Positions 40,412-51,070 of a DNA stretch of 64,000 nt are shown here, in pieces. The notes beneath the pieces were generated by a model. The model had not been told where the DNA came from. It ran no database searches and saw only the letters and a list, made by a program, of their open reading frames with translations. Position 1 is the first letter of the stretch. The number at the start of each line of letters is the position of its first letter. Position numbers and translations under genes: made by a program. This stretch comes from Spirochaetota bacterium. Its GTDB lineage: Bacteria; Spirochaetota; UBA4802; JAFGDQ01. The stretch is from positions 155,617 to 219,616 of the forward strand of contig JAZDKB010000004.1 of the NCBI GenBank assembly GCA_043803405.1, read 5' to 3'.

Positions 40412-41695
40412 CTATTTGTTCCTGTACACTATTTTGCCGCTGCAGATAGTGTACTCGACAGAGCCGAAAAGATCCTGCCCAATAAAAGGCGTATTTTTGC
40501 ATTTTGATAAAATGAAATTATTGTCGATATGAACTTTCTTGTCAGGGTTGATAATCACAATGTCAGCTGTTTTGTTTTCCTTTAATTCGCCGGCATCGAT
40601 ATTTAATATTTTTGCAGGATTTATTGTAAGTTTTTTAAAAGCTTCAATGAAGGAAAATTTGTGCTCTTTGATCAGTTTAGTGATAACAAGCGGTACAGCG
40701 GTTTCAAGCCCTATAATCCCGAACGGCGCGTATTCCAGTTCCTGCATCTTTTCATTATTAAGATGAGGGGCATGGTCTGTGACTATAGCGTCGATCACTC
40801 CGGATCGTAATCCTTCTATAATAGCCAGCCTGTCTATTTCTGTTCTAAGCGGAGGATTCATCTTTGCCATCGAAAGATGGGTCCTGACTGCGTCGTCCGT
40901 AAGGGAGAAGTGATGCGGCGTTGCTTCGCATGTTACATTGACGCCTTCTTCCTTTGCTTTTTTTATGATGTCGACTGAACCGGCTGACGACACATGAGCA
41001 ATATGCAGCTTCCCTTTCGTAAACCTTGCAAGGATTACGTCCCTGGCTATCATTACTTCTTCTGCTGCTTTCGGAATGCCTTTTAAGCCGAGCAAAACGG
41101 AATTGTATCCTTCGTTCATTATGCCCTTGTCCGAGAGATCCAGATCTTCGGAGTGAGTGATGATGGGGGCATTTGTCATTTTAGCGTATTCCAGCGCCCT
41201 GCGCATGAGTATGGATTTCATTACAGGCATGCCGTCGTCGGAGAAACCGACAGCGCCGCATCTGACAAGTTCACCCATTTCCGTGATCTCCTCGCCCAGC
41301 GAGCCTTTCGTAATATTTGCTATGGGGAGAACATTTATGGGCGTTTTTTCGGCTTCGAGTTTAATAAACCTGACAAGTGCAAGATTATCAATTACAGGAG
41401 TGGTATTCGGCATTGTACATACTGTCGTATATCCACTTTTTGCAGCTACTTCAGAACCACCGATAATCGTTTCAACATCTTCCCTGCCCGGCTCCCTGAA
41501 ATGCACATGCATGTCAATAAGCCCGGGCAATACAATACAATCCGAAGCGTCTATTATATTTGTTTTTTTATCAGATGGTGGTTCAATATCCCTGGAAATT
41601 TTTTTAATAATATTTCCTTCAATAAGGATATCAAATTCTTTATCCATGTTTGAGGCAGGATCGATTATCCTTCCGTTTTTAATAAGAATGTTCAT
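40412..41695 (-). CDS. pyrC: Dihydroorotase (type I)
   Basis: DMHVHFREPG, MPNT, KMNPPLR, TDHAPH. Confidence 0.95.
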   Translation of the reverse strand: MNILIKNGRIIDPASNMDKEFDILIEGNIIKKISRDIEPPSDKKTNIIDASDCIVLPGLIDMHVHFREPGREDVETIIGGSEVAAKSGYTTVCTMPNTTPVIDNLALVRFIKLEAEKTPINVLPIANITKGSLGEEITEMGELVRCGAVGFSDDGMPVMKSILMRRALEYAKMTNAPIITHSEDLDLSDKGIMNEGYNSVLLGLKGIPKAAEEVMIARDVILARFTKGKLHIAHVSSAGSVDIIKKAKEEGVNVTCEATPHHFSLTDDAVRTHLSMAKMNPPLRTEIDRLAIIEGLRSGVIDAIVTDHAPHLNNEKMQELEYAPFGIIGLETAVPLVITKLIKEHKFSFIEAFKKLTINPAKILNIDAGELKENKTADIVIINPDKKVHIDNNFILSKCKNTPFIGQDLFGSVEYTICSGKIVYRNK

Positions 41696-41710
41696 GTTAG
41701 TCCTTGATTT

Positions 41711-42652
41711 TTATTCTATCTCCTCTAGCGGCTTGCCGCCCGACAGCAGGTAAAAAATCGCCATCCGTACAGCTACGCCGTTAGTGACTTCTTCATTGAT
41801 AATTGCGTTCGGGCTGTCGGCAACCGTGTCGTCTATTTCAATGCCTCTGTTCATGGGCCCGGGATGCATAACAACAATGTCTTTTTTGCATTTTTTAAGG
41901 CGCTCTGTTGTGAGAGCAAACTGGCGGTGATATTCCCTTAGCGAGGGAATATTCGAACCCTGCTGTCTTTCCTTCTGAATGCGGAGCATGTTTACGGCAT
42001 CCAGGCTGGGCAATATTTCGTCCAGGTTGTATGTTATATCTACGTCATATATGCTGAACTCGTCCGGCAAAAGAGTAGGGGGCCCGCAAAGCGTTACCTT
42101 TGCTCCGAGTTTTTTAAATGTACGGATATCGGATCTTGCAACGCGCGAGTGTTTAATGTCGCCAACTATTCCAATGTGCAATCCCTTTAAAGTGCCTTTT
42201 CTCTCGAGTATCGAGTACGCATCGAGCAATCCCTGCGTGGGATGTGCGTGGAATCCGTCGCCTGCATTGATGACCGACGCCTTTATATTTTTAGACAAAA
42301 AATGCGGCGCCAGGGACGCCGCATGCCGGATAACAATATAATCAGCCTTCATGGCTTCAAGTGTGTGTACGGTGTCGATCAGGGATTCCCCCTTTACGAC
42401 GCTTGATGTTGCGACCGTTACATTTATGAGGTCAGCTGAAAGCCTTTTTGCGGCAAGCTCAAAACTTATCTTGGTTCTGGTGGACGGTTCGTAAAAAAGA
42501 CAGCAGACTGTTTTTCCTCGAAGCACGGGTACGGTTTTAATTGATCTGGTAAAAAGGTCTTTGAAATATTTTGCGGAATTACAAATAAGTTCGATCTCTT
42601 CAGTGCTGAGAGATTCTATATCGAGAAGGTCTTTTCTTTCTAATGATTTCAT
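41711..42652 (-). CDS. pyrB: Aspartate carbamoyltransferase catalytic subunit
   Basis: FYEPSTRT, HPTQGLLD, HSRV, MHPGP. Confidence 0.97.
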   Translation of the reverse strand: MKSLERKDLLDIESLSTEEIELICNSAKYFKDLFTRSIKTVPVLRGKTVCCLFYEPSTRTKISFELAAKRLSADLINVTVATSSVVKGESLIDTVHTLEAMKADYIVIRHAASLAPHFLSKNIKASVINAGDGFHAHPTQGLLDAYSILERKGTLKGLHIGIVGDIKHSRVARSDIRTFKKLGAKVTLCGPPTLLPDEFSIYDVDITYNLDEILPSLDAVNMLRIQKERQQGSNIPSLREYHRQFALTTERLKKCKKDIVVMHPGPMNRGIEIDDTVADSPNAIINEEVTNGVAVRMAIFYLLSGGKPLEEIE

Positions 42653-42769
42653 CCTAAAACAAGATAATAAAACAGAGGGCGTTATTATGTCAAATATAAA
42701 ACCTGAGAAAATTAATATTTATTGTTCCGGACTTTTGTTATCAGTTATTGTTAGACGCAATGTCATCAA

Positions 42770-44011
42770 TCAATACAGAATACCTACTACGGCGCCTGTC
42801 ATGCAGGTAGCAAGAGTTCCGGAAACTATCGATCTCATGCCCATGCTCACTATTTCATTTTTTCTTTCCGGCACCATCGTTCCCATGCCGGCGATCATAA
42901 TTCCAAGGCTTCCGGGATTGGCGAAACCGCAAAGGGCATAAGTCATAATTACTAAACTTCTGTCGCTCAGCGCGCCCTTTTCGAGCATGCTCATGTCGAG
43001 ATATGCGATAAATTCATTCAGAACTGTTTTTGTGCCCAGGAGCGAGCCGGACGTGAGGCACTCATCCCATGGGATTCCCAGAAGCCATGCAACAGGAGAC
43101 AATATAATTCCGAATATTCTCTGTAAGGTTACAGGTTTTCCGTAAACATCAGGTAAAAGCCCAATGATTGAGTTTATTAAATAAACAACAGCAAGTATTA
43201 CAATGATCATTGCTATTATATTAAGTAAAAGCTGCAGTCCCTGAGTTGTCCCTTTTGTTAGGGCATCCATGGAGCTTTTTACATCTTCTTCGTGAACCAT
43301 TTCTCCGGAGACAGTAATCGGTTCTGTTTCCGGAACCATTACTTTTGCAATCAGAACAGAGGCCGGAGCGCTTATGATCGAGGCTGTCAGTATGTGTCCA
43401 AGGGCGTCAGGGATTACCGGCCCGAGTATATTGGCATATATAACCATCATTGTCCCTGCGATGCCTGCCATGCCGCATGTCATAACGGAAAAAATTTCGC
43501 TTCTGGTCATGTTTTTCAAGTAAGGCCTTATCAGTAAAGGGGATTCGACCTGGCCTACAAAAATATTCGATGCCACGCCAAGCCCTTCAGCTCCGCCTAT
43601 CCGGAAAGTTTTCTGGAGAAGAAATGAAAATCCTTTTACAATAACCGGGAGAATCTTCCAGTAAAAAAGAAGCGATGAAAGGGCGCTCATTACAAGGACA
43701 AGAGGCAGCGCCCTGAACGCAAGTATATAAGACGACATTGGGAATTTTTCATCAAAGGGCGGTTTCCCTCCTCCCAGGTAGCCGAATACAAAAGATGTAC
43801 CTTCCCTTGTTGCCTCTTCAATTACCAGAAGCATTTTATTTAGATTTAAAAAAATATTTTTAAACACTGGGACTTTTAGAATCAGCAATGCTATGATAAA
43901 CTGACAGAGAATTCCAAGAATAATTATACGGAAATCTATTTTTCTTTTATTTTCGCTGAATAACCATGCTATAAAAACCAGAACAAATATACCTAAAATT
44001 GCCTGAAGCAT
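42770..44011 (-). CDS. NupC/NupG (CNT family) nucleoside transporter
   Basis: NIFVGQVESP, KTVLNEFIAY, YALCGFAN. Confidence 0.92.
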   Translation of the reverse strand: MLQAILGIFVLVFIAWLFSENKRKIDFRIIILGILCQFIIALLILKVPVFKNIFLNLNKMLLVIEEATREGTSFVFGYLGGGKPPFDEKFPMSSYILAFRALPLVLVMSALSSLLFYWKILPVIVKGFSFLLQKTFRIGGAEGLGVASNIFVGQVESPLLIRPYLKNMTRSEIFSVMTCGMAGIAGTMMVIYANILGPVIPDALGHILTASIISAPASVLIAKVMVPETEPITVSGEMVHEEDVKSSMDALTKGTTQGLQLLLNIIAMIIVILAVVYLINSIIGLLPDVYGKPVTLQRIFGIILSPVAWLLGIPWDECLTSGSLLGTKTVLNEFIAYLDMSMLEKGALSDRSLVIMTYALCGFANPGSLGIMIAGMGTMVPERKNEIVSMGMRSIVSGTLATCMTGAVVGILY

Positions 44012-44122
44012 TTTTCCCTCTTCCTAAAGTATTCAAAAAAATAAATTTTGATAATTCCAAGCTCAGATAGAAATAACCTGTAAACAATTTTTAAATTTTA
44101 ATAAAGGTTTTAAGACGCACTC

Positions 44123-46612
44123 TTAATCATTGTCCAGAACCTCACGCAGTTTAACAGCAAGCGATTGAACCGAAAACGGCTTCTGGAGAAAATTTACGCC
44201 TTCATCGAGCATTCCGCGATGTGCGATAACATCGGCAGTATAACCGGACATATACAGGCACTTTATGCCCGGACGTATTTTCTGTATTTGCTGTGACATA
44301 TCATGCCCGTTCATTTGAGGCAGAATAACATCGGTCACTAGCACATGAATATCTCCCTTATAATCACCGGCCAAACGAATTGCATCACCGGGCGTACGGG
44401 CAGTTATCAGATTGTATTTCTGAGTTTCGAGCATCATCTTTATCATTTTAAGCATTACGGGATCATCTTCTACAACCAGCAAAGTCTCTCCATGACTAGG
44501 AGGCGGAGCTCCGCTGCTTTCATTAAGTCTTTCAATAACCTGGCCTTCATATTTTGGCAGGTATATTTTAAATGTCGCTCCTTTGCCTGGTTCGCTGTAA
44601 ACATTTATAAAACCGGAATTCTGCTTAATTATGCCGTAAACAGTAGCCAGTCCCAGACCGGTTCCTTTGCCGGTTTCCTTGGTTGAAAAAAACGGTTCAA
44701 ATATTTTATCGATTGTATCTTTTTCCATGCCGCAACCGTTATCTTTAACTGTAAGCACTGTGTATTTTCCGGGCATATAACCGATATTATCGTTGCAGAA
44801 CGAATAATCAAAGGCTGCATTTTCTGTTTCAATTGTTATCTGTCCTACCCCGGCAATAGCATCGCGCGAGTTAACGCACAGATTTACCAGTATCTGTTCT
44901 ATCTGCGCAGGGTCCATTTTTACAGGCCATAATACAGGTTCCGGCTGCCATACAATATTTATATCTTCTCCGATCAGTCTCCGTAACAGCTTCAGCATAT
45001 CTTCAACGCTGTCATTCAGGTTAAGTATTCTGGGAGTAATTGTCTGCTTCCGTGCAAAAGCCAGCAATTGCTGTACAATTTTAGATGAACGAACGGCTGC
45101 ACTATGAATGTTCCTGAGATTCTCATGCATCGTCTGTGAAGCTTCCGTTTCTTCTAAAGCTAATTCAGTAAAACCTAGGATTACGCTCAGCATGTTGTTG
45201 AAATCATGCGCAACTCCGCCTGCAAGCCTGCCGACAGATTCCATTTTCTGGGATTGACGCAACTGATCCTCGAGGGATATTCGTTCCGTAATGTCTTCTA
45301 TCAATTCGATTGCAGATGTAATTTCTCCTTTAGCATTATAAACAGGCGATGAAATAACCCTGTAACTGTGCGTCTCTTTGTCGAATGGAATGTTCATTAC
45401 AGCTTCGTGAACCTGGCCATCTTTCAGGGTCTTAAATGTCGGGCAGTTGTCGCAAGGCGATCTTCGCTGCGGATTAAAAAACGTCCGAAAACAAACAGGA
45501 TGCAAAGCGGGATCAATTGAAGGGAACCAGTCGCGCATGCGCTGGTTCATCTCAACTATTTCCATAGCCGGATTAATCAGGACTACGCCGATCGGTATAT
45601 TCTCAACAATACTGCGCATCTTGGCTATATTTTCACGCAGTGCTTCTTCTATGGATTTTTGGTCCGTAACATCAATAACGGTTCCCGCAATAGCCGGCCG
45701 GCCGTCATATATCATTGTGCGACCGAATACTTTTAAAGTGACAATCTTACCGTTTTTAGTTACGCACTTCGTTAAAAATTCGATTTTGTCTATTTCACCT
45801 GTAAGGTGCTTTTTCAGGTTTTCCTCTATAATTTTTTTTTCTTCAGGAACGGCCAGGTCGACCGGAGAGACCTTATCAATGATCTCATCGCGTTCGTAAC
45901 CGTAAATCTCGCACCAGCGTTTATTGACAAATGAAAAAAGGCCGTCTTTAATAATGAAAACGCCGACTAATGAGTTCTCAACTACGCTGGCAAATTTTAT
46001 TTCCGAGTCCAGAAGAGCATTTTCCGTATGCTTGCGATGGGTAATGTCGCGCACTATTTCCAGACAGGCTGTAATTTTCCCTTCAGCATCTTTGACCGGA
46101 CTTGCCGTATTTTCACAGACTTTTATTTCGCCTTTAGGTGTTATAGCTGTTCTTACGGCTGTGTGCGGCAAACCATCCGTAAAGCTGAGATTTACCGGGC
46201 AACCGATACATATATTTTTACCGGCTTCATAGACAATGTGACATTTATCATTTGAATACCCGAACATTTTTTTCATATAATCATTCTGGAAGAGAATGTT
46301 GTAATTGCGGTCCTGCATCGTAACACCGAATTCCAGCGTATTAACTAATGACTCAAACCTGTTTCTTTCGGAAATCAGCTCAAGCTTTGCTTTTTGTAAC
46401 TCAGTGATATATTTTTTCTCCATATTTCCGGACTCGTAATTGTGGTAATTCTCAACAGAGGTTTTTTTATTTAATACCTGTATTTCATCTGCATGGTTTT
46501 CAATTTTCTCATTTTCGGATATGTTGATGCAAAGAGAGGGATCATTTCCGGCAGCTTCTTTGGATGTATTTGGCATGTCTTTAATACAGTCGGCTTTTGC
46601 TTGTTTAGACAT
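44123..46612 (-). CDS. Multi-PAS hybrid sensor histidine kinase/response regulator
   Basis: Three PAS domains, AHDFNN H-box, EPFFSTK/GTGLGL, C-terminal receiver. Confidence 0.92.
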   Translation of the reverse strand: MSKQAKADCIKDMPNTSKEAAGNDPSLCINISENEKIENHADEIQVLNKKTSVENYHNYESGNMEKKYITELQKAKLELISERNRFESLVNTLEFGVTMQDRNYNILFQNDYMKKMFGYSNDKCHIVYEAGKNICIGCPVNLSFTDGLPHTAVRTAITPKGEIKVCENTASPVKDAEGKITACLEIVRDITHRKHTENALLDSEIKFASVVENSLVGVFIIKDGLFSFVNKRWCEIYGYERDEIIDKVSPVDLAVPEEKKIIEENLKKHLTGEIDKIEFLTKCVTKNGKIVTLKVFGRTMIYDGRPAIAGTVIDVTDQKSIEEALRENIAKMRSIVENIPIGVVLINPAMEIVEMNQRMRDWFPSIDPALHPVCFRTFFNPQRRSPCDNCPTFKTLKDGQVHEAVMNIPFDKETHSYRVISSPVYNAKGEITSAIELIEDITERISLEDQLRQSQKMESVGRLAGGVAHDFNNMLSVILGFTELALEETEASQTMHENLRNIHSAAVRSSKIVQQLLAFARKQTITPRILNLNDSVEDMLKLLRRLIGEDINIVWQPEPVLWPVKMDPAQIEQILVNLCVNSRDAIAGVGQITIETENAAFDYSFCNDNIGYMPGKYTVLTVKDNGCGMEKDTIDKIFEPFFSTKETGKGTGLGLATVYGIIKQNSGFINVYSEPGKGATFKIYLPKYEGQVIERLNESSGAPPPSHGETLLVVEDDPVMLKMIKMMLETQKYNLITARTPGDAIRLAGDYKGDIHVLVTDVILPQMNGHDMSQQIQKIRPGIKCLYMSGYTADVIAHRGMLDEGVNFLQKPFSVQSLAVKLREVLDND

Positions 46613-46886
46613 ATATTGTTTCCAGGAAGTGACAATAATGTATTCAGTATTATCCGCAATTAAAAAATCAGGCGAGTGGGTATTACTGAATATTACATGC
46701 GCTATAGTTTTAATTAAATCGGATTTTACGTATACAAAGCTTTCATATTTATTTAAATATATATTTATAAAATCTGCAACTAACGAAGGAATGTTTCTTA
46801 GTTATATAATAATAAATGTTATAATGAATTCCAAGAAAATAATATCAGCACCGGCATTATCTCCCGGGATGTTTATATATAATCCA

Positions 46887-47663
46887 TTAACAGGAAATAT
46901 TATCTTTCCCGTTAAAAATAATAAAACTATTCGTTCTTACTCTCCCGATCAAAATTATGTTATGCTTTACAGCGAGTTCGAATCCTCTTGTTGTTGTAGA
47001 TGCCCTTGATATTATGACCGGAACTCCGGCGTTTATTGCTTTATAGACAATCTCGCTTGCAAGCCTGCCTGTCAGTATTATCATCTTATCATGTAAATTT
47101 ATTGAATTTTTAATTGCAAAGCCCAGCGATTTATCGACTGCATTATGCCTGCCTATATCGTCATAAAAAGCGAGCATCTCACCATCTGCGGAGTATAAGC
47201 CTGAGCTATGAACGCCATGCGTGAGATCATGCAGATTGGAATGATTAACAAATTTATCCATGATTTTAATTATTGTGGAGGCTTTTACTATAGGTAGTAT
47301 AGTATTTATTAAATCGCTATTTATGCCTTTTCGGGTCTTTCCCCCTGCTGAGGCAATAAATTTAACGGGCAGTGTTTTTTCCGGTATTTTAGCGTTTGGG
47401 CCTGTAATTATATTTATTTCTTTTCCATTTTCGTCTATAACTACTTCCCGTATATCATCATTTGATCTTATAATACTGTTTGAAAGCAGATGACCAATAG
47501 CGAACTCTTCCATGCCGGACCCGGAGCAGGCAATCTCTGCGTATGGGGTTCCATTAATGTGCATGGTGAAGGTATACTCAGAACTCAAAGGAATCGTGAA
47601 TGGTTTAATTCTGCCTCTTGAATATTTATTTACATCAATATCCTTATATTCCGGGAGCGGCAT
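46887..47663 (-). CDS. fdhD: Formate dehydrogenase accessory sulfurtransferase FdhD-like (copy lacking CxxC)
   Basis: THGVH, DIGRHNAVDK, TGRLASE motifs. Confidence 0.85.
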   Translation of the reverse strand: MPLPEYKDIDVNKYSRGRIKPFTIPLSSEYTFTMHINGTPYAEIACSGSGMEEFAIGHLLSNSIIRSNDDIREVVIDENGKEINIITGPNAKIPEKTLPVKFIASAGGKTRKGINSDLINTILPIVKASTIIKIMDKFVNHSNLHDLTHGVHSSGLYSADGEMLAFYDDIGRHNAVDKSLGFAIKNSINLHDKMIILTGRLASEIVYKAINAGVPVIISRASTTTRGFELAVKHNIILIGRVRTNSFIIFNGKDNISC

Positions 47664-47917
47664 TTTATTCCTGCAAATTTATAAAATTAATATTTTTTAT
47701 GCTTATGAGGTAGTTCCAATCCATATTGCCTCATCTCTTTATAAGAGAAATTGTTTTTGTCGTGTCAAGGAGATAATAATAATTATGCAATGATATTTAT
47801 CAAAATACACCTAAAAATGAATTTGACTTTTTAATAATTATCTATTGATTTAAAGCTGGACTCAGCTTGTGGAAATATCTTTTTGTGTATTATTAACCAG
47901 CCTTTAGGAGGTAATTT

Positions 47918-48100
47918 ATGAGTAAAAATGAAGAACTGATAGTGAGCGCGGCTGTTTTGCGCGATGGCAAGAAAAAACTCAGCTGCGCACAGGCGATTAA
48001 AATATCCCAGGATCGCAATATCTCATTAAAGGAAATAGGCGAAATCTGCAACAGTAACTCAATCAAAATAATTGAATGTGAACTTGGCTGTTTCAAGTAA
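47918..48100 (+). CDS. Small Cys-containing hypothetical protein
   Basis: AGGAGG RBS; LSCAQA...IGEICN...IIECELGCF. Confidence 0.75.
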   Translation: MSKNEELIVSAAVLRDGKKKLSCAQAIKISQDRNISLKEIGEICNSNSIKIIECELGCFK

Positions 48101-48101
48101 T

Positions 48102-48533
48102 ATGAAAGTTATTGTAATTGCAGGTGCCCGTTCCAATGTTGGGAAAACACATCTTGCGCGTGCTTTGTGTGAATTGCTTCCTGGTTCAGTACGGGTAAAA
48201 ATCGGACATCATGCGCCCAAATCCGATGGCGAAGAAAACCTGTATCCTATGGGCACCGGCTTTGAAGAAATTGCGTCAAAGCACAGTAATGCGAGTTTTC
48301 TGATAATCGAAAGCAACAGCATACTCAGGGAGATTACGCCGGAATGTACAATTTATCTTCCCGCAGATAATCCGAAACCCTCGGCTGAAATCGCAGAAAA
48401 AAAAGCTGATATCATCCGCGGTAAAACTTTTCCGAATTCAAAAATATCCGTACTGGCAAAAAAACTCGAATGCGACGAGACAGTAATCCGGAAGATCGTT
48501 GAATTATCCGGAGCACTTATAGATCAACAATGA
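48102..48533 (+). CDS. Small P-loop protein (MobB-like fold), uncharacterised
   Basis: VIVIAGARSNVGKT Walker A-like, IIESNS; ATG one base after the upstream stop. Confidence 0.65.
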   Translation: MKVIVIAGARSNVGKTHLARALCELLPGSVRVKIGHHAPKSDGEENLYPMGTGFEEIASKHSNASFLIIESNSILREITPECTIYLPADNPKPSAEIAEKKADIIRGKTFPNSKISVLAKKLECDETVIRKIVELSGALIDQQ

Positions 48534-48779
48534 AATAAGTTTTGATATTAGAACTCATCTTAAAATTATATAATGTATTTCAATTTATCGAATATAAAAC
48601 TTAATTTTGTAAATATATTTTCAATTCTATTGACTTTTTGGTTAGTTTGTTTTATAAATAATTGAATAAGAGCGTATTATGGGAGTAATGAAATATCTGT
48701 TGAAATAGGCTCTAATAGCATTTCCCGGCAAATAAAGCCGTATGAGTCAGATTACAGGAAATCTTATGGAGGTATTTTT

Positions 48780-49094
48780 ATGTCCAACGAATTACCCAAA
48801 CATTATCAAAGCATTAAAACCAGATTTGAGGAGTACAGTAAGGCGCTGGATGAATTAGGAAAAGTAGTCCACAACTCCGGGCCAATAGATGTTAAAAATG
48901 CGCATCTGATTCAGCTAGCAGCAGCTGCCGCGATCAGATCTGAGGGAGGAGTTCACAGCCATGCCCGCAGAGCAATGAAAGAAGGGGCCTCACCAGAAGA
49001 AGTATATCATGCTCTAATTCTGCTTACCGGAACCATCGGTTTTCCCGCAGTTGCTGCTGCAATTGCATGGGTTGATGATCTATTAGTGGAATAA
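48780..49094 (+). CDS. Carboxymuconolactone decarboxylase / AhpD family protein
   Basis: LIQLAAAAA...HSHARRAMKEGASPEEV...TIGFP. Confidence 0.88.
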   Translation: MSNELPKHYQSIKTRFEEYSKALDELGKVVHNSGPIDVKNAHLIQLAAAAAIRSEGGVHSHARRAMKEGASPEEVYHALILLTGTIGFPAVAAAIAWVDDLLVE

Positions 49095-49281
49095 CCTGCC
49101 GTCTCGCCCCCGACTCTTTAATTGTTGAATAGCTTCAACAATATTTTTATTTGGAATATCAGTATTATTTATTTAAATTAAATAATAGTTGTCATGATAT
49201 GGAATAGTTATTCAATTTGATTCTGACATCACTATAGCTTTAATTTGTATTGAGATTTGTTCTATTAATAAAAGGTGAATT

Positions 49282-50001
49282 ATGAAAATATTATCTGTTG
49301 CAGGGAAAAAAAATACAGGGAAAACAACTCTGGTGGTTATGATAGTCAAAGAGCTCGTTAAACGGGGTTATAAAGTCGGCACTATTAAACACACAAATCT
49401 TGGATTTGATCTTGAAGGCAAGGATACGTGGAAACACAGGGAAGCGGGCGCCGGAATTGTTGTCGGTTCAGGAGAAAATACATTCTTTTTTATAAATAAG
49501 CCATTAAGCATTGAAAATATTTTAAAACTTATCGGCAATACTCAGGAACTGGATTATGTCGTAATTGAAGATTTTAAATTTGCCAATTACCCCATAATTT
49601 CCACTATCGATTTTAAAGATGATTTTACAATTGCTAATGTTGATGTTTTCTCGTTAAAACCCCAGGACATTGTTTCACTGGTTGACCTGGCCGAAAAAAG
49701 GACCTATGATGTGATTCCCGGAGCAGATTGCGGTGAATGCGGTTTTAGCACCTGTGTTGAAATGGCCAAGGCCATCATCAGAGGAGAAGCATCGGAAAAA
49801 TCCTGTAAAATGAAAAAATCAAAGGATGTGGAGCTATATATAGGCGATAAAAAAATCCCTTTAAATCCTTTTGTCCAGGATTTCATAAAAAAAAGCATAA
49901 TGGGAATGATAAGCTCTTTAAAAACAGATGAGGCTAAAACTGGACAAAAAAATGGCGCACATGATAAAATAGAATTGTGGATAAAAAATTCTGAGAAGTA
50001 A
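49282..50001 (+). CDS. mobB: Molybdopterin-guanine dinucleotide biosynthesis protein MobB with C-terminal Fe-S-like domain
   Basis: [34 protein letters not shown]...C; IPLNPFVQ tail. Confidence 0.88.
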   Translation: MKILSVAGKKNTGKTTLVVMIVKELVKRGYKVGTIKHTNLGFDLEGKDTWKHREAGAGIVVGSGENTFFFINKPLSIENILKLIGNTQELDYVVIEDFKFANYPIISTIDFKDDFTIANVDVFSLKPQDIVSLVDLAEKRTYDVIPGADCGECGFSTCVEMAKAIIRGEASEKSCKMKKSKDVELYIGDKKIPLNPFVQDFIKKSIMGMISSLKTDEAKTGQKNGAHDKIELWIKNSEK

Positions 50002-50036
50002 TATTAAAGATAAGGTTGGAGATTTTATTTTAAAAA

Positions 50037-50849
50037 ATGATAATACAGTCAGTTAAACAATTTCCGGTTACACGTCTATACGCTTCCGGTTCCGGCAACA
50101 AATGGATAAAAGAGGACAGGGGAGTAGCTGTGGAAGCGCCTTTTACAATAGACATAGAAGGTGTCGATTCTTATACTATCCTGTGCAGCCCGGATGACAG
50201 ACGTGCAATGGCCGTCGGATTTATGTTCTCAGAAGGGCATATCCGGAGTGTAAATGATATTGCAATGCTCGCCGATTGCATGGACTTCCCTGACGTGATG
50301 CGTGTCAGACTTATTAATACGCCTCAGAAGAAAACCGAAACACCGGGCCGCAATTTGCTTGTTGTCTCTTCCTGCGGAATGTGCGGGAGCACTAATATGC
50401 AGGAGCGGATTACAGCTCTTCCGCAGGTAAAACATTCATTGCTTATCGGCACTGAGACAATGAATAGTGTGATGCAGCTGATGGATGAAAAACAGGATGT
50501 GTTTAAAAAGACGCGCGGAACGCACGCAGTTCTTATCTTTGATGCGAAAGGAAATGCGGTCTCTATTGCTGAGGATATAGGCAGGCATAATGCATTGGAT
50601 AAAGCTATAGGAAAAATTATGCTTGCCGGAAAAAAAGCTGAAGGCTGCGGAGCCGTGCTCTCCGGACGTGTCAGCTTTGAAATGATCTCGAAATGCAGCA
50701 ATGCAGGAATTGAAATTGTTCTGGCGGTATCTGCTCCTACTTCGCTTGCCATAGAGGCAGCTTCGCATTGCGGTATAACTTTAACCGCATCGGTTAGAGA
50801 CGGAAGTGCAGTCATTTATACGTTTCCGGAAAGAATTGATCATTCCTGA
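50037..50849 (+). CDS. fdhD: Formate dehydrogenase accessory sulfurtransferase FdhD
   Basis: SSCGMCG, TRGTHA, EDIGRHNALDK, SGRVSFEM, VSAPTSLA. Confidence 0.93.
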   Translation: MIIQSVKQFPVTRLYASGSGNKWIKEDRGVAVEAPFTIDIEGVDSYTILCSPDDRRAMAVGFMFSEGHIRSVNDIAMLADCMDFPDVMRVRLINTPQKKTETPGRNLLVVSSCGMCGSTNMQERITALPQVKHSLLIGTETMNSVMQLMDEKQDVFKKTRGTHAVLIFDAKGNAVSIAEDIGRHNALDKAIGKIMLAGKKAEGCGAVLSGRVSFEMISKCSNAGIEIVLAVSAPTSLAIEAASHCGITLTASVRDGSAVIYTFPERIDHS

Positions 50850-51070
50850 TTATTTTACATTACCGAATTTTAGCGTTTTTTAGCTGCTTCTATTGCTTAT
50901 AAAAATCCCGAAAAAAATTAATGACAATATAATCGCTTTTACTAATGTTGTTAACAAACAGAAATAGAGCTTTATTTTCTTGACAATAAAGTGAGATTTT
51001 ATTTAATTACTATTAAAATGATAGATTTAATTTTGTCCCTCCTGAATTATTAACTAACGATGAATAACAA

